Below the pieces are notes generated by a model that saw only the letters and a program-made list of their open reading frames with translations, had not been told where the DNA came from and did not search any database. Positions 56,001 to 64,000 of a stretch of 64,000 nt of DNA are shown in pieces. The stretch is from a virus, in the IMG/VR virus record IMGVR_UViG_3300021960_000062, positions 2,939 through 66,938 of that record; one strand, 5' to 3'. Numbering within the stretch: the stretch's first letter is position 1; each line of letters opens with the position of its first letter. A program made the position numbers and the translations under genes.

Positions 56001-56083
56001 TATCTGTTGCTGGAGCAGGCGGCGGAGTTACAGTTACAGAAGCAGAAGATCTGTCAATTAGAAACGCATTAATTTTTGGATAG
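50006..56083 (+). CDS. Long fibre/spike protein B (paralog of A) with inserted ConA/LamG-like lectin domain; TTG start
   Basis: The N-terminus LGRISGP.LKANL.R.G.DLAFENDLLYLDV is shared with A. It also has FGTADFTVEGW...WYHVAVSR...LFVNG...GHFDDIRVS and the same repeats as A. Confidence 0.85.
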   Translation: MSQLGRISGPLLKANLLRNGIDLAFENDLLYLDVTNGRVGIKTSTPSHELQVNGTTRTTNLEVTNSVSLSNFSISNNTISNDAGDITFTSPVIINNDLIFDSMRIFDNVIETTASNADLEFRTSGTGKVDIQSDLLVGGNLHVNGNITADGTIGLGDSTSDIINFNATIGSDLIPSENDRWTIGKDPSDSTNTRWNDLWAVNLYADAVFSANIIIDGINLATRPGNTYYVSVNGSDLNNTGTHQNDPVESVKFALSQATAGDTVWIYPGTYTEVFPLTVPTGVTVKGTGIRSVTIQPTSATRNNNAFELNGETTVEDLTVANFEYDSINDKGYGFVFANGITVTSRSPYIRNTTVTTKGSTVRLGTNPPEDPLGFNAGDAGRGAKVDGSLANSSSNEASMLFHSATFITPGVDTITAINGTRVEWLNSFTYYANKGMNLLSGTSGFAGDGKTRIKISNTTGTFALNDTLTYYDVDGTTVLAQGTIESINGNFYNIDGKVSGFETLENRAGKSGTAFADAQLDTAQAKFGTSSLLLDGTGDYVGYSTQPDFGFGTADFTVEGWIRLGALSIDQTVFDFRNGADADTAPVLRINTSNQLEFAPADTAQITGTALTSSTWYHVAVSRSSGSTKLFVNGTQQGSTYADVTDYGSTKPLTIGSKHTGTNFLNGHFDDIRVSNIARYTSNFAAPGAAFTSDTNTVLLLHFNGLDGTTVIVDDGVTTQDIRTTSGGTASKIDFANYSDFGVEVRAIGSANVYGNYGVYGDGDGVIAYLIGHNLAYIGTGKSSENDDTQIIQANEITELNRAKILYSTVDQSGDFRVGDQFYVNQRTGEVSFSNSELDVTGSLTFTSGGNTTFIDATRIDTGNLRLSGNTVSSTTGDINVNPYTNQLNLNSDVTVTGSLNITQDANIGGNLVLVGDIILSAKVDSDIIPSLDDTYNLGSPTNQWNTVYASRLITENIEIDNNKIRTLDSNSNLDLEASGNGVINIGLNDVVANQDVTVQGNTTLTNTTINGTLTQTGDQTITGDVVQTGGLTVDGEFTAGDLKLDAIEIIGNVIRSTESNANLELDAAGTGIVDIANNNVVIENNLTVSGTTDTYKLNNTTSITSDSFQTDELNIQGNVIENNVSNSEIILRTSGTGNIILDAVRTQVTQNLSVSGDTTLSNTGISGTVNIIGNTTLVGDVTQTGSLNVSENVSVDGFLQLDNIRIDTNYISTTESNSDLELRASGTGQVVFPTSNVLINNNLDVNGSIVTSNLSVTGSIIAPAFDSGDILIENNVVTTTLSNSDLELRASGTGQILVPSNDVQIDNNLNVDGITSLNDTTINGALTHVGNTTQTGNFNLTGAFNQTGDFTTSGYIDLPDLLIETNYITTKTSNSNLELRANGTGKVIVPNNDVEFGQNLTVVGDITASDINITGVLSAPVISNGNIELDNNVIRTTDSNSDLELRANGIGEVLIPDNNLNVTNDVIIDNKLTTNILNTNYVGLNGNLNHIGNYVQTNGDTTLNGQLIVNDKAQFEEIQINTNFITTTTTNADLELRAAGTGQVIIPGNDVTITQNLTIGGNITATGITVEDDLQADIINNGDIEIAGNLITTTLSNSNLELRANGAGVIEIPSNDVVIDNDIQVNGITNLSDTTITGVLSHTGNTTQNGTTTVNGDFIVNGDANIDGFAQFSNIRVETNYISTTVTNQDLNFFAIGTGKVLIPSNDLQVTQNLDVQGLTSLANLTASGTVTSSIFETANLTISGNLIENTSGDIILSASGAGSVQLEQIAIDENVISTVDSNDDLVLQPNGTGNVVIDSTTSLVLPSGTTLQQPVGQQGMIRFNTDFNGYEGYDGSNWRRLDGVYDLDQNTYITAELNPGTNDNIIRFYVNGALAATLDQQQLTANLLNVDDIEVDGNTISTITTNQNIVFAPNGTGSTKIGNFAFKDNTITNTVTDSVTTFNQTGANGYFKIDGTNGFVIPVGQDFQRGALAELGMIRFNTTDNRVEIYNGTQWISVAGAGGGVTVTEAEDLSIRNALIFG
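53640..55115 (+). repeat. Coding tandem repeats with exact 198/273-nt alternation (471-nt period)
   Basis: Anchors at 53666, 53864, 54137, 54335, 54608, 54806 and 55079. Confidence 0.85.
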
Positions 56084-56089
56084 AGAGAT

Positions 56090-56419
56090 ATGGCAACATT
56101 TTTTAGAAATAAAGTAATAAACGGTTTAGGAACCACCCCGACTACTATCGCAGATAGTACTCAAACAAGTAGAATTACTATTATTGGTTTGAGTATTTGT
56201 AATGTAACTGATCATGTTGTAAAAGCAAGTGTACAACTAGCAGACTCATCAAGTTCGCAGGGATACTATATTAAAGATGTAGTTGTTCCGGTTGGACAGA
56301 GTCTACGAGTAGTTAATGGTGGTGAAAAACTAGTGTTGGCAGAAAGTAATATTTTAACAGCATCGTGTGATACAGAAGGCGGTGTAGATGTCATATCTAG
56401 TTATGTTGAAATTGTATAG
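56090..56419 (+). CDS. Small virion protein (paralog of 43436..43807)
   Basis: TIIGLSICN...IKDVVVPVGQSL...EKLVL. Confidence 0.75.
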   Translation: MATFFRNKVINGLGTTPTTIADSTQTSRITIIGLSICNVTDHVVKASVQLADSSSSQGYYIKDVVVPVGQSLRVVNGGEKLVLAESNILTASCDTEGGVDVISSYVEIV

Positions 56420-56429
56420 GAGATAAAAG

Positions 56430-56795
56430 ATGGCTGGTAATTCATATGTTGGTGCTTTTAGTCCTGGAGATATTTTAGGAGACGGCGTCCCTAGATACTT
56501 TTATGGAATTAGAAGAGACGAAGATGGTGATTTATTTTTTGTAAGAATCGACCAAATGTTGCCAAATCAAACGGTAACAATTAATGAGTCAGGACTACCT
56601 GAGGACAACTATGAAGGGTTTGATGCCGGTGTTGATTTTTTTGAAGGTAGAGATGTTAATCACGAGTTAACTTACAAAAATTTAAAGTATGAACAATATA
56701 GATGGGACGCAAGACCTGTATATTATTATATTGATGATGAAGGTAATTTAACAGTAAGAGTCAACGAGGGTTATGACTATCCTCAGGGGCTATAA
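56430..56795 (+). CDS. Small acidic hypothetical structural protein
   Basis: SD AGGAG, with FYGIRRDEDGDLF and YYIDDEGNLTVR internal repeat-like motifs. Confidence 0.7.
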   Translation: MAGNSYVGAFSPGDILGDGVPRYFYGIRRDEDGDLFFVRIDQMLPNQTVTINESGLPEDNYEGFDAGVDFFEGRDVNHELTYKNLKYEQYRWDARPVYYYIDDEGNLTVRVNEGYDYPQGL

Positions 56796-56798
56796 ATA
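56791..56798 (+). promoter_or_regulatory. Late promoter TATAAATA
   Basis: Exact consensus upstream of the ATG at 56826. Confidence 0.7.
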
Positions 56799-56825
56799 TA
56801 CATATAAAATGAAATAGGGATTGAG

Positions 56826-59800
56826 ATGGGTGAATTTACTTTAAGTCGAATTAGGTTTAGATGGGTCGGAGAGTGGACTACTGATACCGATTACGCTAAA
56901 GACGATGTCGTTGAGTATAGTGGTAAGGTATATACGTGTCTTGTTAAACACACGTCTAGAACAGATTTCTATAGCGACTTACTTAACAACGATAATACAA
57001 CAGTTCCGCCCACTCCAACACCCTATTGGAAATTAACTATTGACGGAAGAGAATGGCGCGGATCATGGCGACCAACTGAAGATTATAATCTTGGTAATAT
57101 TGTAAAATACAACGGTATAGTTTATATTTGTATTTTACAGCACACTTCGGGAAATAGGTTAGAATCAAATATTACTAATTGGAGAATACACTCATTCCAA
57201 GACATGTGGAAGAGTGAATGGACTGAAGATACGTATTACAGTATCGGTGATGTTGTTATCTATGGTGGTATTTTATATAGATGTACAGTTGCTCACTCTA
57301 GTGCTGATACCGATAACGGGTTAGAAGCCAATAGACTTTCTTGGGAAATTGTAGCTGAGAATGACCGATGGAAAAATCAATGGATACCCGACAACAAATA
57401 TATTGAAAATGATATTGTAAGATATGGAGGTATTACCTACAGATGTAATACTGCTCATATATCAGCTGAAGATTATGATGACGGATTAGAAATTGACGAA
57501 TCTAAATGGGATATCTTACTTGATAATGTAAATTATACAGGAACTTGGTTTCAAGCTGATCCTATTGCTATTCCGCCAGTTCCAGGAAGAAGATATAAAA
57601 AACGAGATCTTGTAAAATACGGAGCAAGTTTATGGATAGCCCTAAGAGGCCATACATCCACAGATGAATTTGATGATGTAGATGATTGGGCTATATGGAT
57701 TCCAGGATTAGAATTTGAAGAAGATGAATGGAACGCCGCAACTCAATATCAAAAAGGAGATATAGTTAGATACGGTGGATACATTTATTCAGCAAACCGA
57801 AACACACTAAATGCTGTTCCAAGTTTACAAAGTACTGATAGTACTATCGGCGATTGGAAACTTCTTAACTACGGTTATAGGGTAGTCGAAGGCGGCGAGT
57901 GGGCTGACAGTCAATCTTACCTTGTAGGTGATGTAGTTCGTAGACAAGGTCAAGTTTATGTTGCTATATCAGACAACGCTGTAGATCCTAATAATAATCC
58001 AAGTGATTGGGAACTAGTTATACCTGGAGAAAAATATCAGAAAGAATGGGTTATTGGAAATGATTATGCTATAGGAGATGTTATTGTACTAGATGGAATA
58101 ACATATAGATGTATAGCTCAACATAATTCTTTACTAAACAATAGACCAGATAATGACTATGACGAAAATTACTGGACAACACTGATTGTAGGTGATAGTG
58201 GCAACAGATTAAGATACAAAGGTGATTTAAAATCCTTTGGACTAACCGAAGACGGTTCTACTATAGGAACAAAAAGAATCGGCATTGGTTCACCAGGTCA
58301 AGTTTTACAAGTTAAAGCAGGCGATGAACTAGGTTGGGAATCACTAGGTGATGCTTTAAAAGTATATTATGTAGGCACAGACGGAACTGACGGCCTTACT
58401 GAAGGAACTACTTTAGAAAGACCTTTTAGAACAGTAAAATATGCTTGTGATTTTATTCAAGCAGACCTAGCAAACAGAGCTCCAGCAACAGTGTTTATCA
58501 AAGCTGGTGTTTATAGAGAAGTATTACCAATTAAAGTTCCAAGAGATGTAGCAGTTGTAGGAGAAGAATTAAGAACTACTGTTATTGAACCTTATATTGA
58601 TCTTGATAACAGAAGACCAAATCCTACTTATGATCCATTACAACCTGAAGATCCAATAGTTAATCCAAAAGATTTTGCTGATCCATTAGATTATAGAAAA
58701 ACAGACATGTTCTGGGTTAATAATGGAACAGGTATTCGAAACATGACACTAAGAGGAAAGACAGGAGAGCTTGGCGATATTAATGAATATCTAACAAGAA
58801 GACCAAATGGTGGTTCATATGTTTCACTTGATCCAGGTTCTGGTCCGTCAGATCAAAGTGTATGGATTATTAATAAATCATGTTATGTACAAAACGTTAC
58901 AACATTCGGCGACGGTTGTGTAGGATTGAAGATAGACGGAAGTTTACACGACGGCGGAAACAGATCTATTGTTGCTAACGATTTTACACAAGTTTGTTCA
59001 GACGGTATCGGTGTATGGTGTACAAATAAAGGACTAACAGAACTTGTTTCTGTGTTCTCTTATTACGCACATATAGGATATCTATCAGAGAACGGCGGAA
59101 AAATTCGTGCTACAAATGGTAACTCATCATACGGTGATTATGGCTGTGTGGCTGAAGGTGTTGATGTTGACGAAACTCCAATTAGTGCTTTATTGAATAA
59201 TAGAAATCAAGAAGCAATAGTGTTTAGTGCTTTTGTTGGAGAACAAGGAAACGAAATACTTAGAATGGAATACGAACACGCTGGCGAAAACTATACTTCA
59301 GCAACTTATAATATTTTAGGTTCAGGTAGCGGAGCAAGTGTTGTTGGTAATGAAATTAGAGACGGCGGATTATTTAATTTAAGATTAAGAGATCCTGAGG
59401 ATTCAACAGGCACACTAGGCGGCCAAGGCTTGATTAATGTTGGTAACAATGCTCAAGGTGGAGACCAGTTTAGTATTCAAATTGCTTCCAACGACGATAA
59501 CAACATTGGTGTATACGAAGGTTGTAGAATTATTATTACATCTGGTACTGGTGTTGGTCAATATGGTTACATTACAGGCTACACACTCGCAAGTAAAACA
59601 ATAACAGTAGCAAATGAAACAACTGGAGAGCCAGGATGGGGTCACATTAACGAAGGAACACCTATCGAAGCTGTGCTTACTCCAAGTACAGTTTATAGAA
59701 TTGAACCTAGAGTAACATTTGAACCGCCTCCAACTACTCCAGATTCTTCTTTTTCAATTTTATCTCAATATGACTGGGTAGATGCCGCATCAGGAAATGA

Positions 59801-62537
59801 CAGATTGGTAGCTATTGAAAGCGGTAGAAATGTTACATTTTACGACGGATCAACATGGGACGTTACACAACTTTCTGGATCTTGGGCTGTTAACAGAAAG
59901 GAATTTGGTGGAGGATTATTTGTTGCTATTGGTAACGGTGACGAAGTACACTATAGTACCGACGGTCAAGGGTGGACTCAAGAGTATAAACCGTCTCCTG
60001 CCAATCATATAGGTTTAGCATGGGGTAATGGAAAATGGTTAGCTATTGAAAATTCCGGAACTGGAGCAATATATAGTACAGACGGAACAGTTACTTGGAC
60101 ACCGTCTACGTTACCAATTAGTGCTTCATGGGTAGGATTAGCACACGGAAGCGGAAAGTTTGTTGCTATAGCAAGTGATACAAATACAGTAGCAGTAGCA
60201 GACGATAGCACATTAACTTGGACAACGGCTACTATCCCGGGCTTCCAAGACTCAACACAACCTATGTGGAGTGATATTACCTACGGAAACGGAAGATTTG
60301 TTGCTGTTTCAAATGATAGAGAAGCACTTGCTTACAGTTTAGATGGAACAAATTGGTATCTAACAGAACTGCCTTTTGATGCTGACTATCACAGAGTATC
60401 ATACGGACAAGGTGTGTTTATGGCATTTAGTACTACTGGTGGATCTGATTCACGTGTTGCTATTAGTGACGGCGGATTTCGTTGGACAGAATTGTCAACA
60501 GGATTTTCAAATCCACAAAAATGTGGTGCTTTATATAAAGGAACTTGGTATATATTTGATGATGCTACAACACAAACTGTTCTTAAAATTGATACAGGAG
60601 CAAGAGCTAAAGGTAGAGTAGTTATTCAAGGAAGCCAATTAAACAATTTTAAAATATGGGAACCAGGCAGTGGATACCAAAGTGCTCCAACATTAACATT
60701 GACTGATCCAAACATTACTGAATTACCTAATTATGATTTGAGAATGGGAGATGGTGTATTATCTAATCCAACTTTTGTTTCAAGGGGAACTGGATATAAA
60801 TCTTCAACAACACGAGTAACAGTTTCAGGAGATGGTTTTGCTGACATTTATCCTTTAGGTAAATCAATATATTTAGAACAATTAACTAGAGTTCCAAGAA
60901 CAGGTGCTAACCTAGTCCTTGATAGAATTTTATGGGAAAACGGTATACAAGGAACTTCAGCAACTTGGAAAGACCTAGCATATGGAAACAATAGATATGT
61001 TGCTGTTGGCGCTACTGATTCTACTATTTTTTCAACAAATGGACTAGACTGGACTCCTGGAGGAAACACACCAACAAGCGGAGTATGGAATGCTATTTCC
61101 TATGGAACAAATAATTTTGTTGCGTTCCCCGATGGTGGATCAAATGCGGCATATTCTACAGATAGCGGCGACACATGGAATGATGTAGTAGTACCATATG
61201 CTTTTTATAAAGACATTGCGTTTGGGTCAGGAACTTTTATTGCTGTAGGATACAATGCTGGTGCGGCCGCGGTTAGCAGAGATGACGGATTAACTTGGAC
61301 AGCTAACAGTATAGGATCAACAGCAGATTGGTCTTCAATTGCGTTTGGAAATCAAAAATTTATTGCTATTCAGAATGGATCTGATGTATTCATTGAGTCT
61401 ACTAGCAACGGAATAACATGGCAAGCAGGACAACTACCAGCAACTGGAGATTGGTCAAGAATTAGATTTGGCGGAAACAAATTTGTTGTAACAGGAGAAA
61501 ATACTAATAAATGTTATGTAACATCTGATAGTGGAGTAACATGGATAGAAGGAACTTTGCCTTCTACAGCAACATGGGACAAATTAACATTTAGTAATAA
61601 TAGATTTTTAGCGGCAAGTAGTTTAAGTGGTGTTATTGCTACTTCAGCAGATGGAATAACTTGGAAAACAAGAACTGGTTATCCATTATCTACAACACAA
61701 GCACTTGATTCAGGAGGACAGTTCTTCGCAGGGCTGTCAGGAACAATTACTGCTAGAGCCAATGACGGAACTGATGAAGAAATTTACAAAGTACTTACAG
61801 TTACAAATGTAACTTCAAGTGGTAATCCAATTAGATATGCGGCGAATCTTACAGTAAGTCCTGAATTTACTAGAATTACTGGTCCAATACATGGATTAGA
61901 TATTGAAATCAGAGAAAAGTATTCTCAGGTACGTTTAACAGGACATGACTTCCTAGAAATTGGTACAGGAAACTTTACTGAAACAAACTATCCTAACACC
62001 AATTTAACTAATTTATCACCATTTAATGAAGTTAGTTTCTTAGGTGGTGGTAGAGTCTTTTATGCTTCAACCGACCAAGACGGTAACTTTAGGGTTGGTG
62101 AATTATTTGCTGTTGAACAAGCAACAGGTATTGTTACAATTAGTGCTGATTATTTTGATTTACAAGGGTTATCAGAGCTTCAACTAGGTGGAATTCAAGT
62201 AGGCGGAACTGGAGTTGTAATTAGAGAATTTAGTACAGATGCTACATTTGCCGCTGATTCTAACAACGTTGTTCCAACACAAAAAGCAATTAAAGCATAT
62301 ATCGAAAGACGTATTTCAGGGGGAGGATCAAATGCTAGTACAGGTACTATTGTAGCTGGTGTAGTAGCATTAGGTGGCCCAAATAAAATTTATAGTGTAT
62401 TAAATGAAGATGTTGTTATAGAAACAGCACCAAATATCACAGGCGGAATTGATGGCTGGCTACTAGCACACACATTCTTCTGTGATAGCTTTGATAGCGG
62501 ATTAGATCAACAAGAAGTTGGAAGGGATTTAGCATAA
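56826..62537 (+). CDS. Large adhesin/fibre with CBM5/12-like repeats, DUF1565-like domain and BNR-like beta-propellers
   Basis: About 8 W....Y..GD.V.YGG..Y.C repeats, YYVGTDG.D...PFRTVKYA, and many YG.G.FVAV...S.DG.TW blades. Confidence 0.8.
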   Translation: MGEFTLSRIRFRWVGEWTTDTDYAKDDVVEYSGKVYTCLVKHTSRTDFYSDLLNNDNTTVPPTPTPYWKLTIDGREWRGSWRPTEDYNLGNIVKYNGIVYICILQHTSGNRLESNITNWRIHSFQDMWKSEWTEDTYYSIGDVVIYGGILYRCTVAHSSADTDNGLEANRLSWEIVAENDRWKNQWIPDNKYIENDIVRYGGITYRCNTAHISAEDYDDGLEIDESKWDILLDNVNYTGTWFQADPIAIPPVPGRRYKKRDLVKYGASLWIALRGHTSTDEFDDVDDWAIWIPGLEFEEDEWNAATQYQKGDIVRYGGYIYSANRNTLNAVPSLQSTDSTIGDWKLLNYGYRVVEGGEWADSQSYLVGDVVRRQGQVYVAISDNAVDPNNNPSDWELVIPGEKYQKEWVIGNDYAIGDVIVLDGITYRCIAQHNSLLNNRPDNDYDENYWTTLIVGDSGNRLRYKGDLKSFGLTEDGSTIGTKRIGIGSPGQVLQVKAGDELGWESLGDALKVYYVGTDGTDGLTEGTTLERPFRTVKYACDFIQADLANRAPATVFIKAGVYREVLPIKVPRDVAVVGEELRTTVIEPYIDLDNRRPNPTYDPLQPEDPIVNPKDFADPLDYRKTDMFWVNNGTGIRNMTLRGKTGELGDINEYLTRRPNGGSYVSLDPGSGPSDQSVWIINKSCYVQNVTTFGDGCVGLKIDGSLHDGGNRSIVANDFTQVCSDGIGVWCTNKGLTELVSVFSYYAHIGYLSENGGKIRATNGNSSYGDYGCVAEGVDVDETPISALLNNRNQEAIVFSAFVGEQGNEILRMEYEHAGENYTSATYNILGSGSGASVVGNEIRDGGLFNLRLRDPEDSTGTLGGQGLINVGNNAQGGDQFSIQIASNDDNNIGVYEGCRIIITSGTGVGQYGYITGYTLASKTITVANETTGEPGWGHINEGTPIEAVLTPSTVYRIEPRVTFEPPPTTPDSSFSILSQYDWVDAASGNDRLVAIESGRNVTFYDGSTWDVTQLSGSWAVNRKEFGGGLFVAIGNGDEVHYSTDGQGWTQEYKPSPANHIGLAWGNGKWLAIENSGTGAIYSTDGTVTWTPSTLPISASWVGLAHGSGKFVAIASDTNTVAVADDSTLTWTTATIPGFQDSTQPMWSDITYGNGRFVAVSNDREALAYSLDGTNWYLTELPFDADYHRVSYGQGVFMAFSTTGGSDSRVAISDGGFRWTELSTGFSNPQKCGALYKGTWYIFDDATTQTVLKIDTGARAKGRVVIQGSQLNNFKIWEPGSGYQSAPTLTLTDPNITELPNYDLRMGDGVLSNPTFVSRGTGYKSSTTRVTVSGDGFADIYPLGKSIYLEQLTRVPRTGANLVLDRILWENGIQGTSATWKDLAYGNNRYVAVGATDSTIFSTNGLDWTPGGNTPTSGVWNAISYGTNNFVAFPDGGSNAAYSTDSGDTWNDVVVPYAFYKDIAFGSGTFIAVGYNAGAAAVSRDDGLTWTANSIGSTADWSSIAFGNQKFIAIQNGSDVFIESTSNGITWQAGQLPATGDWSRIRFGGNKFVVTGENTNKCYVTSDSGVTWIEGTLPSTATWDKLTFSNNRFLAASSLSGVIATSADGITWKTRTGYPLSTTQALDSGGQFFAGLSGTITARANDGTDEEIYKVLTVTNVTSSGNPIRYAANLTVSPEFTRITGPIHGLDIEIREKYSQVRLTGHDFLEIGTGNFTETNYPNTNLTNLSPFNEVSFLGGGRVFYASTDQDGNFRVGELFAVEQATGIVTISADYFDLQGLSELQLGGIQVGGTGVVIREFSTDATFAADSNNVVPTQKAIKAYIERRISGGGSNASTGTIVAGVVALGGPNKIYSVLNEDVVIETAPNITGGIDGWLLAHTFFCDSFDSGLDQQEVGRDLA

Positions 62538-62560
62538 AGTGTTCATATTAATATTACGCA

Positions 62561-62566
62561 TAAATA
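62561..62566 (+). promoter_or_regulatory. Late promoter TAAATA
   Basis: gcaTAAATAc upstream of SD GGAG and the ATG at 62597. Confidence 0.6.
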
Positions 62567-62596
62567 CAGTAGCTTCAAAGATAATCGGAGTATTAA

Positions 62597-64000
62597 ATGG
62601 CTGAGTTTAGATTAGGTAGAATTAAATTTATTTGGAAAGGCGACTGGGCCGCAGGTATCCAGTACGTCAAAGACGATGTTGTACGAGTGAATGGTAAAAC
62701 CTTTGTTTGTACAATTTCACACATATCTGACCCTGATTTTAATGTAGACGCAGACTTTGTTCCACCTAAATGGAACTTAATGGGCGACGGCCAAGAATGG
62801 CGCGGCGATTGGGATAACAATGTTGTCTATTATAAAAACGATTTAGTAAAATACGGCGGGAATGTTTATCTTTGTTTGCTTGGCCATACTTCAGCGGCAA
62901 CCGATACTGATGGTCTTGAAATTGATTATGTTATTCCAGGACAAGATAGTACACTTTCTAAATGGGATCTTTTTGCTGAGTCATTTGATTGGCAAGGCAA
63001 CTGGACACCTAGTTTTAGATACAAGTTAAATGATATTGTCAAGTATGGCGGCAATGTTTATCTCTGTAATACAGGTCATACATCATCAGCAAATATTACT
63101 TTTGGTCTTGAAGGACTTGGAGTTGTAACACCCGGCGTTACAGAAACTTTTCAATACTGGACTTTATATACAGAAGGATTTGATTGGAAGTCAGACTGGG
63201 CACCAACTACAAGATATAAAATTAATGATGTAGTAAAATTTGGTGGAACACTTTATATTTGTAATGAAGGACACACTGCTGGAGCAGACTTTGTTGCTGG
63301 ACTTGAAGCGGATCAATCTAAGTGGGATTATTTCAACCAAGGTATTGAATATAAAGAAGACTGGGATAATTCAGCAGGACTTAATTATAAAGTTAACGAT
63401 GTTGTAAAATACGGTGGCGGACTTTGGATCTGTTTAGCAAAACACCAAACAAGTGGTTCTAGAACTTTTGAACAAGACGAAGATTCAGGTTATTGGGCGC
63501 AGTTTGTAGAAGGTCTTGAATTTGATAACAGCTGGACCAATGTAACTGTTTACCAACCAGGTGATGTTGTAACCTATGGCGGTTATGCTTATGTTGCTAC
63601 AACAAATCATTCAGGAATTAAACCTACAGATCCAACAAACGGAAACGCAAATTGGGATCTTTATCAAACAGGATTTAAATTACAAAACGATTGGTCGATT
63701 GGAACTGATTATAAAGTAGGCGATGTTGTTAGAGTAAATGGATACACTTATCTAGCAATAGCAGATAGTCCATCACTACCAGCAACAGTTACATCTTCAG
63801 CTTCAGGCAATGACGCCTTTACTTGTACAACAACAGCAGATATGACTGTTGGAATGGCTGTAAACTTTACAGGCTCAGTATTTGGCGGAGTACAAACTGG
63901 TGTAACTTACTACGTTGAGTCAGTTTTATCAGGAACAGAATTTACAATTAGTGCTGAACAAAACGGAGCACTATTCCAAATACCAACTGCTACAGGATCA
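62597..64000 (+). CDS. Adhesin/fibre with CBM5/12-like repeats (paralog of 56826..62537), truncated at right edge
   Basis: MAEFRLGRIKFIWKGDWAAGIQYVKDDVVRVNGKTFVC parallels MGEFTLSRIRFRWVGEW, with repeated YKLND.VKYGG..Y.C. Absent from the ORF track, consistent with no stop in the window. Confidence 0.85.
   Translation, partial: MAEFRLGRIKFIWKGDWAAGIQYVKDDVVRVNGKTFVCTISHISDPDFNVDADFVPPKWNLMGDGQEWRGDWDNNVVYYKNDLVKYGGNVYLCLLGHTSAATDTDGLEIDYVIPGQDSTLSKWDLFAESFDWQGNWTPSFRYKLNDIVKYGGNVYLCNTGHTSSANITFGLEGLGVVTPGVTETFQYWTLYTEGFDWKSDWAPTTRYKINDVVKFGGTLYICNEGHTAGADFVAGLEADQSKWDYFNQGIEYKEDWDNSAGLNYKVNDVVKYGGGLWICLAKHQTSGSRTFEQDEDSGYWAQFVEGLEFDNSWTNVTVYQPGDVVTYGGYAYVATTNHSGIKPTDPTNGNANWDLYQTGFKLQNDWSIGTDYKVGDVVRVNGYTYLAIADSPSLPATVTSSASGNDAFTCTTTADMTVGMAVNFTGSVFGGVQTGVTYYVESVLSGTEFTISAEQNGALFQIPTATGS

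Noticed and set aside
44710-56083. Diversity-generating retroelement or invertible tail-fibre cassette
   Set aside because: No reverse transcriptase or recombinase is present in the window. The repeats are direct, in-frame and differ mostly at synonymous positions, not specifically at adenines.

Overview
This window is a segment of a large T4-superfamily (myovirus) phage genome. Gene order and protein sizes resemble Rak2/GAP32/Atu_ph07-like jumbo phages, but that is my inference and was not checked against a database. From left to right it holds: (1) a minus-strand baseplate operon with a tube-initiator-like gene, gp53-, gp27-, gp5-, gp25- and gp6-like genes, and a giant wedge protein of more than 4100 aa that runs off the left edge and is missing from the ORF track; (2) a plus-strand block with the gp55 late sigma factor, the gp47/gp46 recombination nuclease, an Hc1-like protein, a minimal GIY-YIG nuclease and a ~530-nt hairpin-rich non-coding region; (3) a gp26-like chaperone carrying a textbook -1 frameshift signal, set head-to-head with two paralogous tape-measure-like genes; (4) the head module (portal, GT-like enzyme, acidic core protein, protease, scaffold, major capsid); and (5) a series of large repeat-rich fibre or adhesin genes running off the right edge. 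TA(T)AAATA-type late promoters precede most structural units. The strongest novelty candidates are the GIY-YIG plus structured RNA/origin locus (25558-26532), the frameshift cassette (27954-28013), two related structured leaders (41317-41403 and 49935-49998) and the duplicated tape-measure genes. All folding and family assignments were made by eye, with no computation or database search.
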